A stretch of 64,000 nucleotides of DNA from an uncultured delta proteobacterium. Its GTDB lineage: Bacteria > Desulfobacterota > Binatia > Bin18. The DNA lies in contig CAVTCR010000074.1 of NCBI GenBank assembly GCA_963733195.1, positions 96,001-160,000 on the forward strand. Reading direction: 5' to 3'. Positions 1 to 9,561 of the stretch are shown here, one piece after another (within the stretch, counting starts at the first letter, position 1; each line of letters starts with the position of its first letter). Under the pieces are notes generated by a model that was not told the origin of the DNA, searched no databases, and worked only from the letters and a program-made list of their open reading frames with translations. The position numbers and the translations under genes are program-made.

Positions 1-440
1 GCTATCACATGCTCTCTGTGCGTCGCACCCCAATACAAGCGACGACAGTCTGGGCACTGACGAAACTCTGCCTGTGTCTGCCACACGTACTCTGGCACCC
101 GATCGTGCACCTCTTCTTTTTTCACCGCTGCCAAAAGTTCATTGCACTCACCGCAACGAGTGAAGAGTTGGGCAAAAGGATCAAGGTGACATGCCGCAAT
201 AACCTGTTTGAGCTGGTCGCGAAAGAGATCATGGTGAATGAAAATGACCTGAGGAGCGTCTTTCTGTCGGACAACGCGAGTATCGCGCGTCAAGATGATG
301 CGTCCCTGTTGGCGTCCCTCGCGTATGAGCCCTTGTGGTGAGAGTTGCGGGAGGTACACTGTATCGTAACCAAGAATACGCAACCATTTGACTAAGCGGC
401 CTAACATCCGGTCGGCCAGAAAGCGTGGGATGTCAGTCAT
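1..440 (-). CDS. Mut7-C RNase (PIN-like) domain protein, 3' end beyond window edge
   Basis: Not in the ORF track. Manual minus-strand translation from ATG at 440: MTDIPRFLADRMLGRLVKWLRILGYDT...IILTRD...FTRCGECN...FRQCPDCRRLYWGATH, the typical Mut7-C motifs with a Zn-ribbon. Confidence 0.88.
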   Translation of the reverse strand, partial: MTDIPRFLADRMLGRLVKWLRILGYDTVYLPQLSPQGLIREGRQQGRIILTRDTRVVRQKDAPQVIFIHHDLFRDQLKQVIAACHLDPFAQLFTRCGECNELLAAVKKEEVHDRVPEYVWQTQAEFRQCPDCRRLYWGATHREHVI

Positions 441-548
441 TGCGGGTGCGAGCATATTCTGCGTCATCGCTTGGCCTTTAAAGAAAATCGTGTCATCGGA
501 CGATGACAGTAGAACAGGGGTCTGGAGGAAACAAGTCACAGGAATTGT

Positions 549-2039
549 ATGAAGCGCCTCCTTAGTATTGGCATTGTCCTTTTTTGGCTCGTCATGGTGG
601 GATTGCTGATCCGTCGGACCACTGTTGATCCACAATCGACAAATACGCCCTCTTCCCCCTCCACCCCCGTCCAGACTAGCGAACCACTTACTGCACACGA
701 CGGATGGATGGGGATTTATCATCAAGACAGGAAAATCGGCTATTTTCACCGCCACCTCACACCCACGCCGACCGGCTACCAATGGAAAGAACGGTCGCAA
801 ATGAAACTGCGGGTGATGAACACTGATCAAAACGTTCATACAGAAGTCCACGCCAACATTGATCAACAATATGCGTTGCGGGATTTCTCTTTTCGACTCG
901 TGAGTGCCGGAGCCGTGTTCCAGGTGGCCGGAGAAGTCCGAGAGAACGGTCCTGCCGGACGAGAGTTACACGGCCAACTCACAACTGGCGGGAATTCGTC
1001 GCCATTCTCGTTTCCGTTACAAGAACCGCTATACCTCCCTACGATCACACAGCTCACTCTACATGGCACTGTCCTACAACCTGGCGAAGAGCGCCGTTAC
1101 AGCATCTTTAACCCGCTCACAGCAAAAACAGAGATGATCCAGGTCACGGCAGTCGGGCACGAACCCCTCACCGTGAAAGGTCGTTCCATACCCACCACGA
1201 AACTCGCAGAGCGCTTCGGTGGAACGACGGTTCATGCTTGGATTGATCACGAAGGAAAGGTGGTCAAGGAAGAGGCTGCCCTTGGGTTGGTTCTGTTACG
1301 AGAGAGTCAAGCCGAGGCAATAAACGACGGGTGGTCCGACAACACCCCGCTTGATCTCGTCACCTCCGCTGCTATCGCCGTACGAAATACACTCCCGAAT
1401 CCGCGTGATGTGACACAACTCCGCTTAACGATTTCTGGTTCCGCTGATGCAGCTCTTTTCGCGTTCCCACCGCGACAACATTATCTCGATGGCACTCTAA
1501 CCGTCACCAATGAATCGATTGATACGCTTGTCTCATACAAGCTTCCAGCAAGTGATCCCACATTCGCGCCCGATCTGATCGCAACGCCATTTCTCCAGAG
1601 CGAACATCCGCGCATCAAAGAACAACTTCAACTGATTCTCAAGGGAGAACAAGATGCACAGCGGGCAGTGCGTAAACTCCTCGATTGGACCTATACCACG
1701 CTCGACAAAGAACCGACTGTTGGTATACCGACTGCACTCGAAGCCTTAAGCAGTAAAAAAGGTGATTGTAACGAACATGCAGTGTTATTCACAGCCTTGG
1801 CCCGCGCCGCCGGTATTCCTGCTCGCGTCACTGCTGGTGTCGTCTATCTCGATGGCGCATTCTACTATCACGCATGGTCCGAGGTCTGGCTCGAATACTG
1901 GGTCGCAGTAGATCCAGTATTCAATCAGTTTCCCGCAGATGCGACTCATATTAAGTTTATTCAAGGTGGACCAGAAGAGCATATGGCGTTGTTGAAAGTG
2001 ATCGGGCAAATACAATTGGAGGTCGTGGAGTATAAGTAG
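549..2039 (+). CDS. Membrane-anchored transglutaminase-like domain protein
   Basis: N-terminal TM helix; catalytic triad motifs GDCNEHA, YHAWSEV, VDP. Confidence 0.88.
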   Translation: MKRLLSIGIVLFWLVMVGLLIRRTTVDPQSTNTPSSPSTPVQTSEPLTAHDGWMGIYHQDRKIGYFHRHLTPTPTGYQWKERSQMKLRVMNTDQNVHTEVHANIDQQYALRDFSFRLVSAGAVFQVAGEVRENGPAGRELHGQLTTGGNSSPFSFPLQEPLYLPTITQLTLHGTVLQPGEERRYSIFNPLTAKTEMIQVTAVGHEPLTVKGRSIPTTKLAERFGGTTVHAWIDHEGKVVKEEAALGLVLLRESQAEAINDGWSDNTPLDLVTSAAIAVRNTLPNPRDVTQLRLTISGSADAALFAFPPRQHYLDGTLTVTNESIDTLVSYKLPASDPTFAPDLIATPFLQSEHPRIKEQLQLILKGEQDAQRAVRKLLDWTYTTLDKEPTVGIPTALEALSSKKGDCNEHAVLFTALARAAGIPARVTAGVVYLDGAFYYHAWSEVWLEYWVAVDPVFNQFPADATHIKFIQGGPEEHMALLKVIGQIQLEVVEYK

Positions 2040-2043
2040 TTAT

Positions 2044-2090
2044 CAGTTGGGAAAGTAGCCAGTAGTCAGCATTCAGTAGTCAGTAGAGAA
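2044..2090. repeat. Left arm of 47-bp inverted repeat (partner 2976-3022), heptamer-periodic
   Basis: cagttgggaaagtagccagtagtcagcattcagtagtcagtagagaa matches the reverse complement of 2976-3022 at 41/47 positions. Confidence 0.85.
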
Positions 2091-2168
2091 AGCTTCTTCT
2101 TCTCTGACAACTGATAACTGACAACCGACAACTGGCCCCTGAAAACTCATAACTTTCCCAGAGGCAAT

Positions 2169-2924
2169 ATGATCCAACTCGAACATCTCAGCAAAAAATT
2201 TGGTACCTTTACTGCCGTGAATGATCTTAATCTTAACATTGCCGAAGGCGAGATCTTTGGATTTCTTGGTCCGAACGGCGCAGGGAAAACAACCACGATT
2301 CGCATGATGATGGGGCTCCTCAAGCCTACTGCAGGACGCATTGCGCTGGGCGGTCACGACCTCGCCGTTGATCCACTAGCGGCTAAAGCCATTTCCGCTT
2401 TTGTCCCGGACCGACCGTACGTCTATGAGAAACTCACCGGACGTGAATTCCTCGAATTCGTTGGTGGTCTGTACCAAGTCCCACCTCAACTCTGCCACGA
2501 ACGGACAGAGGAATCGCTCAATTTCTTTAGCCTTGTTGATTGGGGGAACGAACTGATTGAGAGCTATTCACATGGTATGAAGCAACGACTCGTAGTGGCC
2601 TCTGCCCTTCTTCATGACCCACGGATTCTCGTTGTTGATGAACCGATGGTGGGTATGGACCCGATCGGCGCACGCTTGTTCAAATCACTGCTGCGTTCGC
2701 TCACTCTCAAAGGAAAGACGATTTTCATGTCAACCCATAGTCTGGAAGTGGCGGAGGAGCTGTGCGATCGCATCGGCATTATTCTTGGGGGAAAACTAAT
2801 TGCACTGGGCACCCTCGACGAGTTACAGCAACAAGCTGGTACCGAGAATCGTCTGGAAGACATTTTCCTCAAACTCACGGCCGCCCCAGACATGATGGAG
2901 GTGATTGAGGCGTTGCGAGCATGA
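2169..2924 (+). CDS. ABC transporter ATP-binding protein (ABC-2 type)
   Basis: Walker A GPNGAGKTT, signature YSHGMKQR, Walker B ILVVDEP, H-loop. Confidence 0.95.
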   Translation: MIQLEHLSKKFGTFTAVNDLNLNIAEGEIFGFLGPNGAGKTTTIRMMMGLLKPTAGRIALGGHDLAVDPLAAKAISAFVPDRPYVYEKLTGREFLEFVGGLYQVPPQLCHERTEESLNFFSLVDWGNELIESYSHGMKQRLVVASALLHDPRILVVDEPMVGMDPIGARLFKSLLRSLTLKGKTIFMSTHSLEVAEELCDRIGIILGGKLIALGTLDELQQQAGTENRLEDIFLKLTAAPDMMEVIEALRA

Positions 2925-2975
2925 ATCAGATATCACTTCTCCATGCTCAGTTTCCAGAGGGAAAAAATAATCCTC

Positions 2976-3022
2976 TTCTCTACTGACTATTGGATGCTGA
3001 CTCCTGACTACTTTTTCAACTG
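2976..3022. repeat. Right arm of 47-bp inverted repeat (partner 2044-2090)
   Basis: Reverse complement reads cagttgaaaaagtagtcaggagtcagcatccaatagtcagtagagaa. Confidence 0.85.
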
Positions 3023-3037
3023 TCTTCTGGTAACTGT

Positions 3038-4759
3038 ATGAATAATCAGCAATTGACAAGGAACAGTGGGTTACTCTTGTTGGTTCCTCGCTTTCTCGCC
3101 CTGCGCAATGGATTACAGCGGCAAGGGAAAGGCGGCTGGACCCGAGCTTTTATCTTACTGGTGCTCATGGCGCTTTTCTGGGGAGGGACGTTTTGGTTCT
3201 TCTCACGCGCCCTCTCCTATTTCCTCACCATTCCTGATCTTGGTCCCGTGCTCAACCAAAAACTGCTCAGCATGGTGTTTCTCACCTTCTTTGCCATTCT
3301 GCTATTCAGCAACGTTATCACTGGACTTTCAACCTTCTTTCTCTCGCGCGACCTCCTCTTGTTAGTTCCAGCCCCCGTTCCGCCTGGGCGACTGTTCGCA
3401 GCGAAGTTTGTCGAAACTCTCGTCGATTCCTCGTGGATGATTCTCTTGTTTAGTGCGCCGGCGTTTCTCGCCTATGGTGTCGTGCATGGTGGCGGCCCCA
3501 TGTATTACGTCATGACCGTGCTCACTTTGATCCCGTTTTTGATCGTTCCAGCGGCTATTGGTGTCATTGTCACCATGGTACTTGCCTACGTTCTTCCGGC
3601 GCAACGTGGCAAAGACATGCTCATCGTATTTTCTGCGTTGTTTCTTGCCCTGCTCTACATGTTCTTCCGTTTGCTGCAACCAGAGAAATTGGTCAATCCT
3701 GAGGCATTCTCTGATTTTGTAGCGTTCCTTGCAGCGATGCAAACTCCAACTTCGCCGTTCCTACCAAGTACCTGGGCGAGCGAAGCATTATTACCCTTCC
3801 TCGGGTTAAAAACCGGAGACCCGATCTTTTACTACCTGTTGTTACTCAGCACCTCACTCGTCCTCGTCGTTGTTGGGGCGTGGGCTGCAACGGCGTTATA
3901 TCCAGTCGGTTGGTCGAAAGCACAAGAAGGACGGCGACGAGGCGGACAAAGTCAGTGGGCAGATACGATCCTTCGTGGGATCGCTCGGTTGTTTCCGGCA
4001 CCATTGCGCGTCTCCGTTGTCAAAGATTTAAAAACCTTCTGTCGCGATACCGGCCAGTGGTCACAGCTCTTTCAACTCCTCGCGCTGATTGTCGTGTATG
4101 TCTATAACTTCAGCGTGCTGCCGCGTGGTACTGGTTTCGTTGGTATGCTTGATCTGCAAAACTTCGTTGCCTTTTTTAACCTGGCTCTGGCGGCGTTTGT
4201 CACTGCCGCAATTGCTATACGGTTTGTGTTTCCGGCACTGAGCCTTGAAGGGAAAACCTTCTGGGTGCTGAAAAGTGCCCCGCTGCATCTGCGCCGCTGG
4301 TGGTGGAGCAAGTTTTGGGTCGCACTCCTCCCGCTGTTGTTCTTCGGCGAGGTCCTGGCAGTTGTTACTAACTATTTCCTCGGCGTCTCGACCTTCATGA
4401 TGATTCTCGCGCCGGTCACTTTAGGTTTTCTGACTTTTGCACTTGTTGCGTTGGGTATGGCATTTGGCATTGCCTATCCTAATTTTACTGCCGAACACGT
4501 CGCCAAAATTCCCGCCAGCTTTGGTGGCGTACTCTACATGGCGTTCAGCATCGTCTTCATCGGACTTATTGTCGTCCTGGAAGCGTGGCCAGTGCATCTA
4601 TTCTTAGTGCGCAATTTCCAACGAATGCCGCTCTCAACTGGAGACTGGAACAGTATCATCCTTTCGTTTGCCACAGCATTATCACTCACGGTCATCCTCT
4701 TCTGGGGCGCCACACGCTGGAGCATCACACGGCTGGAAGAGATGGAGATTTCGCTATAA
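3038..4759 (+). CDS. Putative ABC-2 type transporter permease
   Basis: 573 aa with many TM helices; follows the ABC ATPase; motifs LSRDLLLL and SLEGKTFWVLKSAP. Confidence 0.85.
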   Translation: MNNQQLTRNSGLLLLVPRFLALRNGLQRQGKGGWTRAFILLVLMALFWGGTFWFFSRALSYFLTIPDLGPVLNQKLLSMVFLTFFAILLFSNVITGLSTFFLSRDLLLLVPAPVPPGRLFAAKFVETLVDSSWMILLFSAPAFLAYGVVHGGGPMYYVMTVLTLIPFLIVPAAIGVIVTMVLAYVLPAQRGKDMLIVFSALFLALLYMFFRLLQPEKLVNPEAFSDFVAFLAAMQTPTSPFLPSTWASEALLPFLGLKTGDPIFYYLLLLSTSLVLVVVGAWAATALYPVGWSKAQEGRRRGGQSQWADTILRGIARLFPAPLRVSVVKDLKTFCRDTGQWSQLFQLLALIVVYVYNFSVLPRGTGFVGMLDLQNFVAFFNLALAAFVTAAIAIRFVFPALSLEGKTFWVLKSAPLHLRRWWWSKFWVALLPLLFFGEVLAVVTNYFLGVSTFMMILAPVTLGFLTFALVALGMAFGIAYPNFTAEHVAKIPASFGGVLYMAFSIVFIGLIVVLEAWPVHLFLVRNFQRMPLSTGDWNSIILSFATALSLTVILFWGATRWSITRLEEMEISL

Positions 4760-4793
4760 AGGGGAAAAAGATAAAGGACAAAAGGAGGAACCT

Positions 4794-5411
4794 GTGGAAG
4801 AACACGTTACATTTCCAGTCGGAGATATTACACTTGAAGGATTGTTATCCATACCATCGCAGACACCGAAGATTGGCGCGGTTATTTGCCATCCTCACCC
4901 GTTGTACGGCGGGGAGATGCATAACAACATCGTCTCCGCACTGGTCGATGCGTTTCAGGCAGTGGGAATCGCAACGCTCCGTTTCAATTTCCGTGGAGTC
5001 GGAAACAGCGAGGGAGAGCATGATGAAGGCAATGCCGAAGTAGACGACGTAAAAGCAGCGGTCACCTATCTATTGAGCCGACAAGCAGTTCCAACCGTTG
5101 TTGTCGCCGGGTATTCGTTCGGCTCGATGGTCGGTTTACGTGCTGGAGCTGACGATCCAAGAGTTCACAAATTGATCGGTGTTGCATTACCTATTGGCAT
5201 GCGAGATGCCTCGTTTTTGCTGAACGCGAATAAACCGAAACTGCTGATCAGCGGTGATCACGATAACTATTCTCCGGTACCCGTTCTCCAAGACCTTGTC
5301 GCCAAACTTTCCGAGCCAAAGGCACTGAAGATCGTCGACGGCGCGGATCATTTTTTCTGGGGGCTAGAGAATAAGGTCGCAGAGGTGGCAGTGGGATTCT
5401 TACAACGATAA
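4794..5411 (+). CDS. Alpha/beta hydrolase
   Basis: GTG start at 4794 after AGGAGG; CHPHPLYGG, RFNFRGVG, GYSFG nucleophile, GADHFF. Confidence 0.9.
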   Translation: MEEHVTFPVGDITLEGLLSIPSQTPKIGAVICHPHPLYGGEMHNNIVSALVDAFQAVGIATLRFNFRGVGNSEGEHDEGNAEVDDVKAAVTYLLSRQAVPTVVVAGYSFGSMVGLRAGADDPRVHKLIGVALPIGMRDASFLLNANKPKLLISGDHDNYSPVPVLQDLVAKLSEPKALKIVDGADHFFWGLENKVAEVAVGFLQR

Positions 5412-5677
5412 TTAGAACGCGGAACGCTGGATGATGAACGATGAATAAAGACCACTGAATGCTCAACACAGAGTGGTGAATGGGATAATGCTCTAGTTTT
5501 CAATTCAGCATTTATAGTTTCACTTTCGGCATTGTTGAGGCGGGACGTCCTTGCTCCTGGGTATCCAATAGATCCGAGACTCTGACCTTACCTGAAAGGG
5601 CATAAATTTGCCCCAGGTCTACAAAAAGAGTAATAATTTTATATACACTGCATGATGGATGTGTAAAAGCAATTACT

Positions 5678-6502
5678 ATGCAAAAAAGTCAATACTATCG
5701 CTGGTTAACGCTTACGCTCTGTTCTGTCATTTTTTCCTGTTCAGTACAGCCTCCCCCAGTACCACAACCCGTGGTTTTCTCCCCTCCTCCACCGTCTCTT
5801 CCTGTCGGGTGGTCAGGAGAGCAGGCGCAAGTTGCCGTGGTCGAGTTCGACGATAAGACGAGTGGTCGTGCACCTCGGCGAGGAAACTTATTGGGGCGCG
5901 GGATGGAAGCTCAACTTGTGACTGCTCTACGACAGACCGGCCAATTCTCTGTGTTAGAGCCACAAGAGAAGATCGTCCGAGGAAGAAGAGGTGAGCTAAT
6001 CACCGCCCGGGTAGGGAGTCATGAAGAGCCTGAGTTTTTTGTTTCAGGCTCTGTCATTACCTACCGTTTAAGTTCAGCGAGTGTTGCGGCTGGCGTCGCG
6101 GCGGATCCGCTGCTTGGTACGGCTGAAGTAAGTCAGGGGAGAGCCCCAACGGCAGCCGCCGAGCGGACTTTTATTAATCTCTCAACGAGTGAGCACGATC
6201 AGGTCGAAATGGCATTGTATCTTTTTGATGGAAAAACTGGTTGGCTCATCAGTGAAACTCGCATTGCCGTCTCACCGCAAGATTTTTCCCCTGCCTTGGA
6301 TGGGATGTTCAGTGCCGATTTACTCCGCTCCGCTATTGCCTCAGAGCCACCGACCCAACGAGCAGTGCGGGCCGGTGTGATCAAAGCCGTCAATTGGATC
6401 GCTGATCATTGTCTCGAATATCGCCGACAGCAAGCGCGCAATCCCGATCCGGATGAACCACCGCTCCCGTTGGAAAAGAAGAATCCTCGGGATCGGGGCT
6501 AA
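5678..6502 (+). CDS. CsgG/HfaB-like lipoprotein
   Basis: Lipobox-like IFSC, Pro-rich linker, VAVVEFDDKT...LVTALRQTGQFSVLE pattern. Confidence 0.65.
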   Translation: MQKSQYYRWLTLTLCSVIFSCSVQPPPVPQPVVFSPPPPSLPVGWSGEQAQVAVVEFDDKTSGRAPRRGNLLGRGMEAQLVTALRQTGQFSVLEPQEKIVRGRRGELITARVGSHEEPEFFVSGSVITYRLSSASVAAGVAADPLLGTAEVSQGRAPTAAAERTFINLSTSEHDQVEMALYLFDGKTGWLISETRIAVSPQDFSPALDGMFSADLLRSAIASEPPTQRAVRAGVIKAVNWIADHCLEYRRQQARNPDPDEPPLPLEKKNPRDRG

Positions 6503-6530
6503 ATCAGACCATTAAAGATTAGCAGACAGG

Positions 6531-6645
6531 GTCTGCCACCCTGAGATCTTCGACAAACTCACCTGTGCCTGCGGCACTGGCGCAGGCAGGATAAATTCCA
6601 CGGAGGGTCTCTCAGAGAGATTCTTCACTCTATTCAGAAAACGAC
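6531..6645. repeat. Degenerate REP-like palindromic element between convergent genes
   Basis: Contains caccctgag...cttcgacaaactc...cctgtgcctgcggcactggcgcaggcagg...gagggtct...gagattcttc; related to the element at 16007-16102. Confidence 0.5.
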
Positions 6646-7760
6646 GGCGCCACCAACGCTCGCGTCGTAACAAAGGGATCATCGCCGTTGCGCGCTGCCT
6701 TGGTTATTTTCTCCAATGTGTTACGCAAATTCTGTCCATTCTCTTGGTAAGCACGTTCAAAGAGGGCAAGCTCTTGCAGGTAGACCAGATACTGGAGAAT
6801 CACCGCATTATTGAGCTTGATCGTGGCTAGGTCAGCACCACGTCGCACCGTAACAGGTAAGCGACGAAATTCTTCTTGTACCTCTGTGAACACCTGCTCG
6901 CGTTGCTGAAGTTTCTCTCTTTCTGATAACGATGAGTTATACAATGCCTTGAGCCGTTCAGCCGCACTGGCAAGAAAATTGGCGACCGCAAGTTCACTTT
7001 CCCACACCGTCACAGCCTGGCGCGTGACCGCGGATTCACTCCCCTGTTCCTTGGTCAGAAAGGCGATAACCCCACGATGACCGGCAAAGTTCGCTAGCGA
7101 TTCGTTAAAAGCTGACTGCCCCTTCAGATAGAAAGTGGTATGAAACAGTTCGTGAATAATAATGTTCGCGAGCGTCCCTCCATCATACTTAAGGAGATGC
7201 GGCAGCAGTGGATCGGAGAACCATCCCAACGTACTAAAAGCTAAAGCTGGCCGGATATAAGTATCGTATCCTAGCGCTTCCAGCTTCTGGGCTTCCTGCT
7301 TAGCCTCATCCTGATTAAAGTAGCCCTTGTAAGCTACACGCCCAATGATCGGAAACCACCAGGTGTAGGGTTCCAATTTGGTGTGCGGAGCGGCAGTCAC
7401 GACGTAAACGATGGGAGGCTGCGCAATCTCAGTGAGTGTCTGATAGCTGCCGCCTGTTTTGAAGTCTAGTTCTTGCTCGACAAACTGTCGCACCCGTAGG
7501 ACCATTTCAAGTTTCTCGCGTGTCGTATTATCAAGACCTGGACGTGCAAGAACCTCGACTATAGGTCGACGGTACCAGAGGATTTTGGCCTCCTCGTAAC
7601 CAGCACGCAGGACATACGTGGGGGAACAAGCTGAGAGGAAAAGGAAAAAAGTAGCCAGTAGCCAGTAGGGTGAACCGTCCAGGATCCGAAGTCCGGCGTC
7701 CGCGGTCTCAGGCCCACAGGCATTCTTGTCGGTTAATTTTTGCCGCCTTCTAATCGCCAA
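6630..7760 (-). CDS. Putative zinc aminopeptidase, probable lipoprotein; start may lie further downstream
   Basis: HELFH zinc motif, FNESLA, WWFPIIGRVAYKGYF, STLGWFSDPL; LSAC lipobox. Confidence 0.88.
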   Translation of the reverse strand: MAIRRRQKLTDKNACGPETADAGLRILDGSPYWLLATFFLFLSACSPTYVLRAGYEEAKILWYRRPIVEVLARPGLDNTTREKLEMVLRVRQFVEQELDFKTGGSYQTLTEIAQPPIVYVVTAAPHTKLEPYTWWFPIIGRVAYKGYFNQDEAKQEAQKLEALGYDTYIRPALAFSTLGWFSDPLLPHLLKYDGGTLANIIIHELFHTTFYLKGQSAFNESLANFAGHRGVIAFLTKEQGSESAVTRQAVTVWESELAVANFLASAAERLKALYNSSLSEREKLQQREQVFTEVQEEFRRLPVTVRRGADLATIKLNNAVILQYLVYLQELALFERAYQENGQNLRNTLEKITKAARNGDDPFVTTRALVAPSFSE

Positions 7761-9561
7761 CCTCCGAAGGCTGAGGGCTTACTGCCGATAGCTGCTGACC
7801 ATACTGGAGTTGATATAAGCGCCAGTAAATGCCGCGTTGGTTGATGAGTTCTTGGTGGGTACCAATTTCACGCACTTGTCCTTTGTGGAGCACGATGATG
7901 CAATCAGCATATTGAATCGTAGAAAACCGATGAGCGATCACGACCGTAGTACGACCAGCCATTAACTTGGCCATAGCATCTTGAATCAACAACTCGGTCT
8001 CTGGATCAACACTTGACGTGGCTTCGTCAAGCACAAGAATCGCTGGATTATAGGCGAGCGCCCGGGCGAACGAGAGCAACTGGCGTTGTCCACCAGAAAG
8101 GTTCGATCCACGTTCGCGTATAGGTTCTTTATACCCACGTGGAAGTTGGTCAATAAACCGGTTCGCGTTGACATAGCTCGCCGCGCGTTCCACGTCTGCT
8201 TGTGTGATACCACTCCGCCCAAGAGTAATGTTTGTTGTTACATCACCGGCAAAGAGAAAGACATCTTGTAACACGACCCCGATTTGGCGACGGAGAGTTT
8301 TCAAGTCCCAATCGCGGACATCAACCCCGTCGATCAGAATTCGCCCATGCTGTACATCGGCAAAGCGATTAAGCAACTTACTGATCGTGCTCTTCCCCGC
8401 ACCAGTCGCGCCGACCAGTGCGATCTTTTGGCCAGGTTTAAGGGAGAACGAAACGTCACGCAGTACCCAGTCGTCTCCTTTGTACGCAAACCACACGTGG
8501 TCAAACACAATGTACCCCCGTACCTGCTCTGGCTCGCGCGGTTGCGATGGAGAGGCAATCGTTACCGGGGTGTCGAGCAATTGAAACACGCGCTCGACTG
8601 CGGTCATCGCCGATTGCATGGTGGTGTACTTGGTCCCAAACTCACGAATAGGTACGAAGAATTTCTGCAGATACTCGATGAACGCGACCAACGTTCCGAG
8701 CGCGACGACTCCCATACCAATTTGTACGGCCCCATACCACAACATCAGCGCAATCGAGATCGACCCCACGGCTTCGACAAGAGAGAATAGGGTCGCCTCA
8801 TACATGTTGGAAAGATGATTCGCATCACGGAACTCACGATTCCGCTCGTCGAATTCGGCGAACAGTTTCTTCTCTTGCGCGAAGAGTTGCACGACAGCAA
8901 TTCCCGAAAGAGTTTCCTGCAAGAACGCATTGATGCGTGCCAGACGTTCACGAATGACACGATAGGTGTCTCGTGAACGCACGCGGAAAAAGTTCATCGC
9001 GATCATCAGTGGTGGCAACAATGCAAGTGTTACAAGAGTGAGCTTCACATCGATCGTTAACATAATCACGACGATGCCAATTAAGGTCAGCACATCCATG
9101 AAGATCGTGAGCGTCCCTGCGGTAAACGCTTCGTTGATGGCATCGACGTCGGTCGTTAGACGCGTCACGAGACGACCGACTGGATTACGATCGAAGAAAC
9201 TAGCGGGTAACGTCTGGAGATGCGTAAACAATTCAATCCGGAGATCCGACAAACTGCGTTGGGCAACCGTCATCGTCGCCTGGTACTGAAGATAGAAAAA
9301 CACGAACTCACCGATGAGCGCAACGACAAACCACAGGCCAGCCCTCGCCAACCCCGCAGCGTCGTTGTGAGCAATGTAGTTATCGACGGCTAGTTTCAGA
9401 ATGTAAGGCTGGGCGAGCAGAAATGCCGAAGTCAGCGGGAGGCAGATGATCGAGAGGATAAACTGCCCACGATACGGACGGACGTAACGCCACAATCGTC
9501 GCAGCAGTGCGACATCATACGTTTTCCCTAGTGCCTCCTCGCGTTGTCCGTCGTGCGTCAT
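7750..9561 (-). CDS. ABC exporter permease/ATPase (MdlB-like half of a heterodimer)
   Basis: TM domain plus GATGAGKS, LSGGQRQ, LVLDEAT. Confidence 0.93.
   Translation of the reverse strand: MTHDGQREEALGKTYDVALLRRLWRYVRPYRGQFILSIICLPLTSAFLLAQPYILKLAVDNYIAHNDAAGLARAGLWFVVALIGEFVFFYLQYQATMTVAQRSLSDLRIELFTHLQTLPASFFDRNPVGRLVTRLTTDVDAINEAFTAGTLTIFMDVLTLIGIVVIMLTIDVKLTLVTLALLPPLMIAMNFFRVRSRDTYRVIRERLARINAFLQETLSGIAVVQLFAQEKKLFAEFDERNREFRDANHLSNMYEATLFSLVEAVGSISIALMLWYGAVQIGMGVVALGTLVAFIEYLQKFFVPIREFGTKYTTMQSAMTAVERVFQLLDTPVTIASPSQPREPEQVRGYIVFDHVWFAYKGDDWVLRDVSFSLKPGQKIALVGATGAGKSTISKLLNRFADVQHGRILIDGVDVRDWDLKTLRRQIGVVLQDVFLFAGDVTTNITLGRSGITQADVERAASYVNANRFIDQLPRGYKEPIRERGSNLSGGQRQLLSFARALAYNPAILVLDEATSSVDPETELLIQDAMAKLMAGRTTVVIAHRFSTIQYADCIIVLHKGQVREIGTHQELINQRGIYWRLYQLQYGQQLSAVSPQPSEVGD

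Noticed and set aside
9-341. 110-aa plus-strand ORF
   Set aside because: Antisense shadow of the Mut7-C RNase gene on the minus strand.
5530-5620. Possible c-di-GMP riboswitch upstream of the CsgG-like gene (GAAA and GGCAAA-like motifs)
   Set aside because: Motif order and orientation do not fit the GEMM consensus by eye; needs an Infernal search.
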